From Telmatocola sphagniphila (GTDB lineage Bacteria > Planctomycetota > Planctomycetia > Gemmatales > Gemmataceae): a stretch of 32,000 bases of DNA. A model generated the notes under the pieces. It searched no databases. It was not told the origin of the DNA and worked only from the letters and a program-made list of their open reading frames with translations. The DNA lies in NCBI RefSeq assembly GCF_018398935.1, contig NZ_CP074694.1, positions 3,270,001-3,302,000 on the forward strand, written 5' to 3'. The translations under genes and the position numbers were made by a program. Each line of letters begins with the position of its first letter. The stretch's first letter is position 1. Shown piece after piece: positions 8,759-17,751 of the stretch.

Positions 8759-9565
8759 ATGACGACGACTACCATTGCCATAGACATGGACGTTCCTGCC
8801 GGAGTGAGCGTTGGCGAATACGAACGCATCGACGGGGGCCACGCCTTTCACGTGAGTTGGGAGTTGCCCGACAATCTTTGTTGCGAGACATGCCAGCGAG
8901 AGTCTCGGCTTCAATTGGTGGAGAAGAACAAGTTTCTGAGCATCCGCGATCTGGATTTGTGGGGTAAGCCGAGCTTTTTCGTGTACCAGGAGGTGTATCA
9001 CCGCTGTCCGTCGTGCGGTCACCGTCAATCGCTGTTGCCGCCCTTCAAGCGTCGGGATGTGAAATATACGTTCCGCTTCGAGGAGCAGGTGCTGGTCAGT
9101 CTGATCGGGAGCACAGCCGAAGACGTGGCAGTGCGTTTGGGGATCGCCGCGGAGACGGTGGAGCGAATCGTCAAGAACCGGATAGAGGACGCCAAGGCGA
9201 AGCAGATCGATCCCCAGCGGAAGATCGAGCGTTTGGGTCTGGATGAGATCAGCCTGCGTAAGGGGCATAAGGGATATGCGACAATATTGACGGACCTGAC
9301 GAATGGGGAGCGTCCGGAGATTCTGGCTCTGTCCAAGGGTCGTGACGAAGCAGCTGGGCGAGCGTGTTTGGAGCGTTTGTCGGCCCAGCAACGGTCGGCG
9401 GTGCGTTGGCATCATACGGACATGAGCCCGGCGTATTTGAAGGCTTGCGGCGTGCATTTACCCAACAGCCAGTCGGTGATAGATCGCTTTCACGTCGCCA
9501 AGAAATTGGGTGAGGTGGCGGACGATCTGCGAAAAAAAACTATCGAGCCTACAAGCGAAGTTTGA
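8759..9565 (+). CDS. ISL3 transposase, N-terminal part (zinc-finger/HTH and start of the DDE domain), ends by frameshift
   Basis: The ATG at 8759 (MTTTTIAIDMDV) is preceded by GGAAGAG. Zinc-finger-like motifs are CETC...CPSCGH. GLDEISLRKGHKGYATILTD and VIDRFHVAKKL are ISL3-typical blocks. The frame ends at a TGA at 9563-9565, shortly after an A8 run. Confidence 0.8.
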   Translation: MTTTTIAIDMDVPAGVSVGEYERIDGGHAFHVSWELPDNLCCETCQRESRLQLVEKNKFLSIRDLDLWGKPSFFVYQEVYHRCPSCGHRQSLLPPFKRRDVKYTFRFEEQVLVSLIGSTAEDVAVRLGIAAETVERIVKNRIEDAKAKQIDPQRKIERLGLDEISLRKGHKGYATILTDLTNGERPEILALSKGRDEAAGRACLERLSAQQRSAVRWHHTDMSPAYLKACGVHLPNSQSVIDRFHVAKKLGEVADDLRKKTIEPTSEV

Positions 9566-10074
9566 GCGGGGAAGCCCGCAAGAAGCTGCGTTCTCAGATG
9601 CACGACTTCCGGCGTCGTCCCGAGGATTTGAATCCGGAGCAGGTCCAGGCCCTCGAGGATTTGTTCGAGAAGGTGCCTTCGTTGGGAACGATCTACCATC
9701 TGCGTTGGGAGGCGACCAAAATCTTCGATAGTGCCCCGAACCGAGCCGAAGCCTCGCGACTGTTGGAAGATTGGATCGTCCAGGCCCGCGAGACCGAGAT
9801 GGATTGGGAGCCGTTCATCACGATGCTCAAGAACAATTGGGAGGGGATCTTAGCCTACTTCGAGGAACGCAAAAGCAGCGGCCCGGTGGAAGGACTCAAT
9901 ACCAAGATTCGGGTAGTGCTACGTCGGAGTTATGGAATTCAGAGTCTAACTACGCTCTGGACGAGAATACTCCTGGACGTGAATTGGGCTGCGAAAAAAT
10001 TAGGGCCGACCATTGCGGAGATTCGCGACCTCGTCAACCAGATCCAGAAGTATTTCTCTGGATGCTACACCTAG
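9562..10074 (+). CDS. ISL3 transposase, C-terminal part (-1 frame relative to the N-terminal part)
   Basis: This frame is open from 9514 and reads KKNYRAYKRSLSGEARKKLR across the junction. It contains GPVEGLNTKIRVVLRRSYGIQSL, the ISL3 C-terminal E/N-x-K motif region. There is no independent ATG or RBS (TTG at 9562 only). Confidence 0.75.
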   Translation: MSGEARKKLRSQMHDFRRRPEDLNPEQVQALEDLFEKVPSLGTIYHLRWEATKIFDSAPNRAEASRLLEDWIVQARETEMDWEPFITMLKNNWEGILAYFEERKSSGPVEGLNTKIRVVLRRSYGIQSLTTLWTRILLDVNWAAKKLGPTIAEIRDLVNQIQKYFSGCYT

Positions 10075-10087
10075 AAACGGAAGAGCC
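10068..10087. repeat. IS right terminal inverted repeat
   Basis: CACCTAGAAACGGAAGAGCC, the complement of IRL; it includes the transposase stop codon. Confidence 0.8.
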
Positions 10088-10095
10088 GTGGTTTT
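10088..10095. repeat. Target-site duplication GTGGTTTT (right copy)
   Basis: Identical to 8656-8663. Confidence 0.85.
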
Positions 10096-10426
10096 CGCTA
10101 TATTTTTTTCGCGAAGACGAACCTCACTCCGTAGCTTACTGCGAAGTAAACTCAGCTAAGGTGTGAGACCGAAAAGCTTTTTAAAGCCAGGAATTCAGAA
10201 AAGGCTTGAGAAAATCCGTTTTTCCCGATTGCGGAATTGGAGCGCAGAAGATCAAATGGTTTGTTGGATAATTCAGAAGAGAGATCTCCAGAAACGACTC
10301 AGTCCTCTCGAGTGATCTCACCTCTATTTTCAGATCTTCCGCGAACAATTTCCCTACTAGATTTTCCGACATCGGATGTCTGCGTAGCGTCACCGACCCC
10401 AGATGGCGAACCAAGAGAATCGAGAC

Positions 10427-11320
10427 CTATTTATTGGCTGCGGATTGCAGCAGCCCTCGAACCTTAAACCACTCCTCGCAGCGCTTCGGCCAGTCGTTCA
10501 CCGGCAACCCGGATTTGCGCATTCCGTAACCATGACCACCCTGCGAATAGAGATGCATTTCCACGGGCACTTTGTTCTTCTTCAACTCCCGATAATAGAG
10601 GATGCTGTTCAGCGAATCGATCGGATCATCAGTAGCGTGGATGAGGATTGCGGGAGGGGTCTCCCCATTAATTTTAATGTGATCGACCAGCTTATCCGAA
10701 TTGGAAGCTGCCAAATAGGCGGGATAGACGAGAACCGAAAAGTCGGGACGCGCACTTAGTTTATCGGCTTCATCTATTGGCTCATAACTCGACTCACCAT
10801 AACAAGTACTCGCCAGGGCCGTGAGATTTCCGCCGGCTGAAAAACCGAGAATCCCAATCCGCTTGGTATCGATACCCCACTCCTTGGCGTGTGCGCGAGT
10901 GAGACAAATTGCCCGCTTGGCGTCCTGCAAGGGCGCGAAATTCGGTTTATCGCGATACTTGGAATTCACCGGAACCCGATACTTCAGTAGCACGGCATTG
11001 ATCCCGATGGAATTCAACCACTCCGCCACCTGCAACCCCTCGTGATCCCAAGCGAGAACGCTGTAGCCGCCGCCGGGGGCTATCACGATGGCCGTACCTG
11101 TATTTTTCTCGGCGGGCGCTTTGAACACAGAAATTGTGGGATCGGTAATACCTGTTAGATTCCGACTACCGTCCTTGCCGGTGAATTTCTCCGGGCCGGA
11201 ATTTTTATCCCCTGGGACTTTGCCCTCGGGCCAGAGTTTCACCACAATCGGCGTTTCCTCAGCCGAGAGTTGCGATCCCAAAAATAATAGCATCAACGAG
11301 GTAGCGGAGAGTAAACGCAT
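10427..11320 (-). CDS. Secreted alpha/beta hydrolase (esterase/lipase-like)
   Basis: Signal peptide MRLLSATSLMLLFLGSQLSAEE. The nucleophile elbow is GFSAGGNL. The later acid and His regions are HATDDPI and GGHGYG. Confidence 0.75.
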   Translation of the reverse strand: MRLLSATSLMLLFLGSQLSAEETPIVVKLWPEGKVPGDKNSGPEKFTGKDGSRNLTGITDPTISVFKAPAEKNTGTAIVIAPGGGYSVLAWDHEGLQVAEWLNSIGINAVLLKYRVPVNSKYRDKPNFAPLQDAKRAICLTRAHAKEWGIDTKRIGILGFSAGGNLTALASTCYGESSYEPIDEADKLSARPDFSVLVYPAYLAASNSDKLVDHIKINGETPPAILIHATDDPIDSLNSILYYRELKKNKVPVEMHLYSQGGHGYGMRKSGLPVNDWPKRCEEWFKVRGLLQSAANK

Positions 11321-11521
11321 AGTAATGTCTCAAGGAGTGGCTTTCCAACTTCTCGCCCATCTTACAGCAGTATCGTTCTTGATTCCGCTTTATTCCGAAG
11401 CTTCTTCTTCTGGTAAGATGACCCAACGCATCCAGGCCAATTTCAAAAATATTTCCGATGAATTTATCCGCCTGGAATGGTAAAACCGAAGAAAGTCACG
11501 GTTCGCCCTCAGGGTAAATTT

Positions 11522-12547
11522 ATGCGAATGATTTTTCAGCTATTGCTACTTACCGGTTTATTCGGAGGAGTAGTTCAGGCAGACGACCGAGTAGTCTATC
11601 CCGCCAAGGATGGGCCTGGCAAAGGAAAGCATCTGGTATTTCTCGCCGGAGATGAGGAATATCGCTCCGAAGAAGGGCTACCGATGCTGGCAAAAATTCT
11701 CAGCCAGCGACATGGTTTTAAATGCACCGTCGTCTTCGCAGTCGACGACAAAGGCTTTATCGATCCGAATAAATCCGCCAGTATCAGCGCTCCGGATGCA
11801 CTGGATACCGCTGATGGTATCATCATGGGCTTGCGATTCCGTCGCTACCCCGACTCGGCTATGAAACACTTCGAAGACGCCTATCTTCGGGGCATTCCCA
11901 TCATCGGACTGCGCACCAGTACGCATGCTTTCGCCGGATTAAAAGGCACATACGCCAGTTATAACAATTTCGGCCGAAATGTTCTGGGGGAGAACTGGGT
12001 CAACCACTGGGGCGACAACCATCGTTACGCCACCAAAGGCATCATCGAAGAATCGGCCAAGGGAGAAAAAATCCTCAATGGCGTCGAGCATGTCTTCGGT
12101 GACTCCGGCACCTACGAAACTCATCCTCAACCCGATTCGAAAATCCTTCTACGTGGGCAGGTGGTCAATGGCCTGAAACCGAGCGATCCCCCAGCTACTC
12201 ACAAGCGGAAAGCCACAACCGGGGAGCAACCGGTAAATGAACCGATGATGGCAATCGCCTGGACGCGGATTCCCCAGAATCCCGCCGGAAAAGAGAACAA
12301 GGTTTTCTGCACGACCATGGGCGCTGCGACCGATCTGGAAAATGAAGATCTGCGGCGGTTAGTTGTGAATGCCGTTTATTGGGGACATAATCTGGAAATC
12401 CCGGCTAAAGCGGATGTGAATTATGTCGATCCCTACAAGCCAAAAACCTATGCGTTTAATGGCTTCCGACGTGGCATCAAGCCGGAAGATCATGCTTTAG
12501 GCAAGGAGCTTAAAGAAGGCCAAGGAACCGATCCGAAACAGAAATGA
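11522..12547 (+). CDS. Secreted ThuA-like (class I glutamine-amidotransferase-like fold) protein
   Basis: ORF 11477..12547. The ATG at 11522 gives the signal peptide MRMIFQLLLLTGLFGGVVQA. KHLVFLAGDEEYRSEEGLPMLAKIL...DGIIMGLRFRRYP...GIPIIGLRTSTHAF resembles the planctomycete ThuA-domain pattern. Confidence 0.55.
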   Translation: MRMIFQLLLLTGLFGGVVQADDRVVYPAKDGPGKGKHLVFLAGDEEYRSEEGLPMLAKILSQRHGFKCTVVFAVDDKGFIDPNKSASISAPDALDTADGIIMGLRFRRYPDSAMKHFEDAYLRGIPIIGLRTSTHAFAGLKGTYASYNNFGRNVLGENWVNHWGDNHRYATKGIIEESAKGEKILNGVEHVFGDSGTYETHPQPDSKILLRGQVVNGLKPSDPPATHKRKATTGEQPVNEPMMAIAWTRIPQNPAGKENKVFCTTMGAATDLENEDLRRLVVNAVYWGHNLEIPAKADVNYVDPYKPKTYAFNGFRRGIKPEDHALGKELKEGQGTDPKQK

Positions 12548-12565
12548 TTCGTGAGATAACTTGGT

Positions 12566-12609
12566 AAAAAAAGCAGGCTTTCCCAAGTAAAGGGAAAGCC
12601 TGCTTTTTT
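12566..12609. terminator. Bidirectional rho-independent terminator
   Basis: AAAAAAA-GCAGGCTTTCCC-aagtaaa-GGGAAAGCCTGC-TTTTTT. This is a perfect 12-bp stem flanked by an A-run and a T-run, sitting between the convergent ThuA-like and ilvB genes. Confidence 0.8.
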
Positions 12610-12626
12610 GTGTATTCGGAGTAGGA

Positions 12627-14384
12627 CTAGACCTTAATGATGTCCTTCACGGTCTTGCCGCTTGGGATCATCGGCAGCACGTGTTCCTGATGCGGGACCA
12701 TCACGTCCAGAACGAACGGGCCATTGGAATCGATCATCTCTTCCAGAGCGGCGTCCAAATCTTTCTTCGAACTGATCGTTTTTCCCAGGACTTTGAAGCC
12801 CTTGGCAATCTGCACGAAATTCGGATACGGTTCATTTTCCATCCCCGCACCCAGATAGGTGTGCCCGCGGTTTGAGCCGTGGAAGCGATCCTCCCACTGA
12901 ACCACCATACCCAGATGCTGATTGTTTAATAGCAGGGTCTTCACTGGAATCTTTTCGGCGTAAGCACAGCCCAATTCCTGAATGTTCATCAGGAAACTGC
13001 CATCGCCATCAATGTTTACCACCAGGTTCGACGGATGGGCGACCTGTGCTCCCATGGCCGAGGGCAATCCAAAACCCATCGTGCCCAAGCCACCACTGGT
13101 AACCCAATGGCGGGGCTTGTTGAACTTGAAGTACTGGGCTGCAAACATCTGATGCTGACCGACACCCGTCGTGATAATCGTTTCGTCGAGTTGCTTGCGC
13201 TCTTTGAGTATTTCGTACAAACGTTTAATCGCGTATTGCGGCAATATCGCATCTTCCCGATCGTTGAAGGTCATCGGGTCTTCTTCCCGCCATTTGTCGA
13301 TCTGCTTCATCCAATCGCCGTAGCGGCTGCCCTTGGAGAGATCCTTGAAGCTGTCTTCCTGCAGGAGTTGATTCAATCCCTCGACAGCGCCCTTCAGGTC
13401 GCCGTGAATGCCGACGTGGGCGATTTTGTTCTTATTCAGTTCGGAGGGGTCGATATCGATGTGAACGATCTTGCCATGTTTGGCAAACTCGCTGAGTTTG
13501 CCCGTCACGCGGTCGTCGAAGCGGACGCCGAACGCTAACAGCAGGTCGGCTTCGTTGATCGCCATGTTCGAGTAGACGGTCCCGTGCATGCCGAGCATTT
13601 GCAGACAGAGATAATGATCAGCCGGGAATCCGCCCAGTCCATGCAGCGTCAAACCGACGGGGATACCGGTAGAAGAAGCGAACTGCTTCAGGGCTTCAGA
13701 AGCTCCGGAACCGACGACACCGCCGCCGCCGTAGATGAAAGGCTTCTTGGAATTGCGGATCAATTCGAGAATCTTGATGAGTTCGCCGCGCTCGGCTGCC
13801 CGGAAGGGCTTGTAGCCGGGCAGATTCATTGGCGGATCCCAGTTGGGAATGATTTCTTTCTGCTGAAGATCCTTGGGAATATCGATAATCACCGGGCCCG
13901 GTCGGCCGGTAGTAGCGATGTAGAAAGCCTCTTTCATCACTCGGGTGATATCTTCGGTTTTCTGCAGCAGGTAATGATGCTTCGTAATTGGTCGGCAAAC
14001 TTCGACGATTGGCGTTTCCTGAAAGGCGTCGGTGCCGATGACGGGCGTACTTACCTGACCTGTGATCGCAATCACCGGAATGGAGTCCATCTTGGCATCG
14101 GCCAGGATAGTGACGAAGTTCGTCGCTCCGGGTCCTGAAGTTGCCAGACAGACCCCGACTTTACCTGTGGTCCGGGCATAGCCATGGGCCATGAAGCCCC
14201 CGCCCTGCTCGTTCCGGGGTAGAATCGTGCGAATCTTATTTTGCACTTTGGTCAGAGACTGGTGAATGGGCATCGATGCCCCACCAGGATAGGCGAATAC
14301 GACTTCCACTCCATTGCGAATGAGCGACTGGACCAGTATATCGGCGCCATTCATCGGAGTTTCGGCACTTTTCTTCTCAGCCAT
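12627..14384 (-). CDS. ilvB: Acetolactate synthase (acetohydroxyacid synthase) large subunit
   Basis: ORF 12627..14432, with the preferred start at ATG 14384 ([21 protein letters not shown]). ThDP-enzyme blocks are present ([54 protein letters not shown]). Confidence 0.9.
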   Translation of the reverse strand: MAEKKSAETPMNGADILVQSLIRNGVEVVFAYPGGASMPIHQSLTKVQNKIRTILPRNEQGGGFMAHGYARTTGKVGVCLATSGPGATNFVTILADAKMDSIPVIAITGQVSTPVIGTDAFQETPIVEVCRPITKHHYLLQKTEDITRVMKEAFYIATTGRPGPVIIDIPKDLQQKEIIPNWDPPMNLPGYKPFRAAERGELIKILELIRNSKKPFIYGGGGVVGSGASEALKQFASSTGIPVGLTLHGLGGFPADHYLCLQMLGMHGTVYSNMAINEADLLLAFGVRFDDRVTGKLSEFAKHGKIVHIDIDPSELNKNKIAHVGIHGDLKGAVEGLNQLLQEDSFKDLSKGSRYGDWMKQIDKWREEDPMTFNDREDAILPQYAIKRLYEILKERKQLDETIITTGVGQHQMFAAQYFKFNKPRHWVTSGGLGTMGFGLPSAMGAQVAHPSNLVVNIDGDGSFLMNIQELGCAYAEKIPVKTLLLNNQHLGMVVQWEDRFHGSNRGHTYLGAGMENEPYPNFVQIAKGFKVLGKTISSKKDLDAALEEMIDSNGPFVLDVMVPHQEHVLPMIPSGKTVKDIIKV

Positions 14385-14472
14385 CACAATACCTTCCAGG
14401 TTGTAAAAGACTCGGATTACTAATATTATCAAATCGGAAAAGAATTGAGAACTGCAACCGCAAAGAAATTCA

Positions 14473-15903
14473 TCAGACCGTCCGAGTTTCCGCCGGTTTT
14501 TTGGGTATAAGCAGAGAGACGGCCGGTGCGGTGATAACCGTGGTAACGAGAGCCATCAGAACGAGCATGGCATACAGCGCGGGCGAAATCACACCCATGC
14601 TCAGTCCAATGTTCAGCACGATTAACTCCATGAGGCCGCGGGTATTCATAAGAGCCCCGAGAGCCGCCGAGGTTCGGCGATCTCGCCCGGTAAATCGGGC
14701 CGCGAAATAAGTGCCGCCAAACTTTCCAGCTATCGCCACGACGATTATCGCCAGACAGATCAACTTGTACTCCCTACCGGCGATGAGATCCATCCGCGTA
14801 CTCAGCCCCGCCACCGCGAAGAAGGCGGGCAGGAAAACCAGTGTCACGATATCGGTGAGCTTATCAGAGAATTCCCGCGACAACTTACTGTCATGGGGGA
14901 TGAGGACACCCAATAAAAAAGCACCAAAAACTGCATGAATCCCAATGATCTGAGTCACACCAGCCGAGAAGAGAATGGCCACAAATATCACCGGAATGGC
15001 ATACCCGGGAAGTGGTTTACTCTCGAGAAAATTACAAAACCGTTCCAGCACGGGTCGCACCAGGACAAACATGGATCCGATAAAGAATGCCGTGTAAACC
15101 AGAACCAACATCGCATTTTCCACCTGCGATTGGGCAACACCAATTACCAAAGCCAGTAGACACCAGGCGGTAACATCCCCCGTGGCAGCGGCACTGAGTG
15201 CGGTGACTCCCAGATCTGTCTTTTCCATTCGCAGGTCAGTCAGAATTCTTGCCAGCACAGGGAAGGCGGTGATGGACATGGCCACACCCATGAACAGTGC
15301 AAAGCTTGTAAAGGGTACTGAGCGATCCGAGAGAATCGGGTAGATCCAAAGTGCGAGAGCTGCCCCCAGGAGAAAGGGAACCAGAATGGAAACGTTGGAA
15401 ATCGCGACCGCCGAGCGAGCGTGTAGACGGAGTTTTTCGCCATTGAGTTCCAATCCCACGAGGAACATATAGAGGATAACGCCAAGTTCCGCAATCACCT
15501 TCAAGGCCGTCAGAACCTGCTCTTTGGGATCGGTCTCCGGCCCAGGGATCAGGTAATGCATCGCTTCCGGAGATAAGAGCCCCAGAAGAGAAGGGCCTAG
15601 AAGGATCCCCGCAAGGACCTCCCCAATTACCGGCGGTTGACCGAGAAACCGCAACCCGCGTCCAAGAATGAAGCCCAGCGCAATAACCGCCGAAAGTGTC
15701 GAAAGAATGTGAGCAGTGAGATCAAAATTGCCGGCTGTCCCGGTGCTAATGAGTGATGTGGTCGCAGTGATTTCCGGAGCAACGAGACGATTTCCCTGGG
15801 ATCGAATGACCAGAAATAACAGGACGCTCAAACCAATGAGGACGCAGCCTGCGAACAAGGGGACCAAGATCGATTTTCGCAGACTGCCCGACAGCTTGAA
15901 CAT
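14473..15903 (-). CDS. Cation:proton antiporter (Na+/H+ exchanger family, CPA-type, no TrkA/KTN domain)
   Basis: 476 aa and polytopic. It begins with the typical [21 protein letters not shown] segment and has about 12 hydrophobic spans. Its start lies 12 nt downstream of the halogenase-like gene. Confidence 0.8.
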   Translation of the reverse strand: MFKLSGSLRKSILVPLFAGCVLIGLSVLLFLVIRSQGNRLVAPEITATTSLISTGTAGNFDLTAHILSTLSAVIALGFILGRGLRFLGQPPVIGEVLAGILLGPSLLGLLSPEAMHYLIPGPETDPKEQVLTALKVIAELGVILYMFLVGLELNGEKLRLHARSAVAISNVSILVPFLLGAALALWIYPILSDRSVPFTSFALFMGVAMSITAFPVLARILTDLRMEKTDLGVTALSAAATGDVTAWCLLALVIGVAQSQVENAMLVLVYTAFFIGSMFVLVRPVLERFCNFLESKPLPGYAIPVIFVAILFSAGVTQIIGIHAVFGAFLLGVLIPHDSKLSREFSDKLTDIVTLVFLPAFFAVAGLSTRMDLIAGREYKLICLAIIVVAIAGKFGGTYFAARFTGRDRRTSAALGALMNTRGLMELIVLNIGLSMGVISPALYAMLVLMALVTTVITAPAVSLLIPKKPAETRTV

Positions 15904-15915
15904 GATTTAATGGTT

Positions 15916-17172
15916 TCAATTCGCTGCGAGAGCCGCTTTCCGCTCGGCCTTCAATTCATCCATCAAAGGCCAGAGAACATCAACTTCCTCTTTGAAGACG
16001 TCGCCGATCAGCACATCCGTCACCAAGCCTTTGAGATCGGGATGTTTTTTAATAAAGCGACCGAAGCTGAAGCCTTCATAGAACTCGCAGACGAGACGGC
16101 GCATCCGCTCCATACCCTGGACGTAGCCTTTTTCCCAGCTGCGCAACTGATGTTCCGAGGTATCGTTCTTGGCCAAGCCTTCACAGACAGCATCCGCGGC
16201 CATTTGCCCCGAGCAAAGGGCTAAAAGCACGCCCGAGGAGTAAAGAGGATCCAGGAAGCCAAACGCATCCCCCACGAGAACCCAGCCATCCCCACCGGCC
16301 TGACTCGCTCGATAGGAATATTCCTTCTGGGCCCGGAAGGCTTCAATGCGGGTGGCATTGGCGATGCGCGGTTGCAAACCGGGACAGTTCGCCACTTCTT
16401 CGTTGTAAATCGTCTCGTAGTCTTTGGTGTCACGATCCTTGAAGAGATAGTCGTAACCCGCCACCACCCCAACGCTCAAAATGTCATCGTGCAAGGGGAT
16501 ATACCAGAACCAACCCTTCTTGCCTTTGGTTTGGAGGACAATGGTGGCCCCTTCATCCTTGCCGACATCCCGGTAGGCCCCTTTCCAGTAAGTCCAAATC
16601 GCGGCTTTTTTCAAAATCGGATCCCACTCCCGGAGCCCCAGCCGACTAATGATCATAGAGCTCTGGCCACTGGCATCAACGACAACTTGGGCTCGAACTT
16701 CTTTCTCGGTGCCGTCTTCCAGCTTAACGCGAATTCCGACGGCCCTCTTACCTTCGAACAAAACTTCCAAAACGCGTGCGCCTTCGTGAACGGTAACACC
16801 CTGCTCCCGTGCATTATTCAGCATCAACAGGTCGAACTCGCTGCGGCGCACCTGCCAGGTCTGTGAGGATTCGTGATCCTTATTCTCGTGGAAGTAGAAC
16901 GGCTCCGAAATCTTGCCATGTTCAGTCACAAACTGGACGCTGTACTTCTTGATGAAATGGCTGCCCTTCATTTTGGGAAGCATCTTCAGTCGATTGAGGG
17001 TGTGATACGTCTGAGGTATCAGCGATTCCCCAATGTGAAAACGTGGGAAATGATCGCGTTCGTAAATCTCGACCTTATAACCCTTTTGAGCAATAAGAGT
17101 CGCTGCGGTAGTTCCGGAAGGACCGCCACCAATTACGATGACATCGGGTTGGGTTTGCGAGGCCGGTATCAT
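15916..17172 (-). CDS. FAD-dependent oxidoreductase of the flavin-dependent (tryptophan) halogenase family
   Basis: DVIVIGGGPSGTTAA is the GxGxxG motif. KKGWFWYIPL matches the WxWxIP motif regarded as diagnostic for flavin halogenases. GDAFGFLDPLYSSG is the second FAD motif. Confidence 0.7.
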   Translation of the reverse strand: MIPASQTQPDVIVIGGGPSGTTAATLIAQKGYKVEIYERDHFPRFHIGESLIPQTYHTLNRLKMLPKMKGSHFIKKYSVQFVTEHGKISEPFYFHENKDHESSQTWQVRRSEFDLLMLNNAREQGVTVHEGARVLEVLFEGKRAVGIRVKLEDGTEKEVRAQVVVDASGQSSMIISRLGLREWDPILKKAAIWTYWKGAYRDVGKDEGATIVLQTKGKKGWFWYIPLHDDILSVGVVAGYDYLFKDRDTKDYETIYNEEVANCPGLQPRIANATRIEAFRAQKEYSYRASQAGGDGWVLVGDAFGFLDPLYSSGVLLALCSGQMAADAVCEGLAKNDTSEHQLRSWEKGYVQGMERMRRLVCEFYEGFSFGRFIKKHPDLKGLVTDVLIGDVFKEEVDVLWPLMDELKAERKAALAAN

Positions 17173-17188
17173 AAAAGCTCTCCAGAAA

Positions 17189-17665
17189 TTATCGCCAGGT
17201 ATTATTCGAATCTTCGTGCGGCTGCCGGGCGAGCTTCAATAGCTCCACCAACTGCTTCAACTGACTCTTATTCAGATGCCCAAGCTGCTGATTATGGCAC
17301 TCCCGCAACGGCTCGGAAATCTGATCGAGCAAAGCAATCCCATTCAACGTGATGCGAATGTGCACTGTACGGCGATCCGTCTCGGACCGCTGACGGCTAA
17401 TCAGCTTCCTCGCCTCGAGCTTATCCAGCATTCGCGTGATATCCGGAGCCCGAGAGACCAATCGCTCGGCAATCGTCAGAGTCGCCACCGGCTCAGGATG
17501 CTCCGCTTTCAATAGCCGTAACACGTTGTACTGCTGCGGCGTCAAATCAAACCGCGCAAACAAGGCATCCTCGTAAGCCCGCAATCGGTCGTAGGTCCGC
17601 CACAGGTTGAGGTAGACCTCCTGCTCCGCGGAGTCGTATCGCAGTTTGGATATCTGAGCTTCCAT
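17189..17665 (-). CDS. MarR-family transcriptional regulator
   Basis: The winged-helix core is LTPQQYNVLRLL...TIAERLVSRAPDITRMLDKLEARKLISRQRSETDRRTVHIRIT. The ORF track starts at a TTG at 17707. The ATG at 17665 (MEAQISKL) is preferred. Confidence 0.85.
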   Translation of the reverse strand: MEAQISKLRYDSAEQEVYLNLWRTYDRLRAYEDALFARFDLTPQQYNVLRLLKAEHPEPVATLTIAERLVSRAPDITRMLDKLEARKLISRQRSETDRRTVHIRITLNGIALLDQISEPLRECHNQQLGHLNKSQLKQLVELLKLARQPHEDSNNTWR

Positions 17666-17673
17666 GTACTTAA

Positions 17674-17702
17674 TATATAGTCGTTCGACAGATAGTTGTC
17701 CA
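17674..17702 (-). promoter_or_regulatory. Possible sigma70-like promoter (TGGACA-17 nt-TATATA) overlapping short palindromes upstream of marR
   Basis: The minus strand reads TTGTCTGGACAACTATCTGTCGAACGACTATATATTAAGTAC-ATG. The -10-like box ends 8 nt before the ATG, which would imply a near-leaderless mRNA. Small dyads TTGTC-TG-GACAA and TGTCG-AA-CGACA are present. Planctomycete promoter rules are poorly known. Confidence 0.25.
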
Positions 17703-17751
17703 GACAATTATTGTTCAGCGGTGGAATCAGATTCTTTCTGTAAAAATATTC

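Larger units (their letters stand above)
8664..10087 (+). mobile_element. ISL3-family insertion sequence (1424 bp)
   Basis: The terminal inverted repeats are GGCTCTTCCGTTTTTAGGCG (8664-8683) and the reverse complement of 10068-10087, GGCTCTTCCGTTTCTAGGTG, with 18/20 identity. GGCTCTTCCG is the terminus I recognise from ISL3 members. The element has 8-bp direct repeats and encodes an ISL3-type transposase. The stop codon lies inside IRR. Confidence 0.85.
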
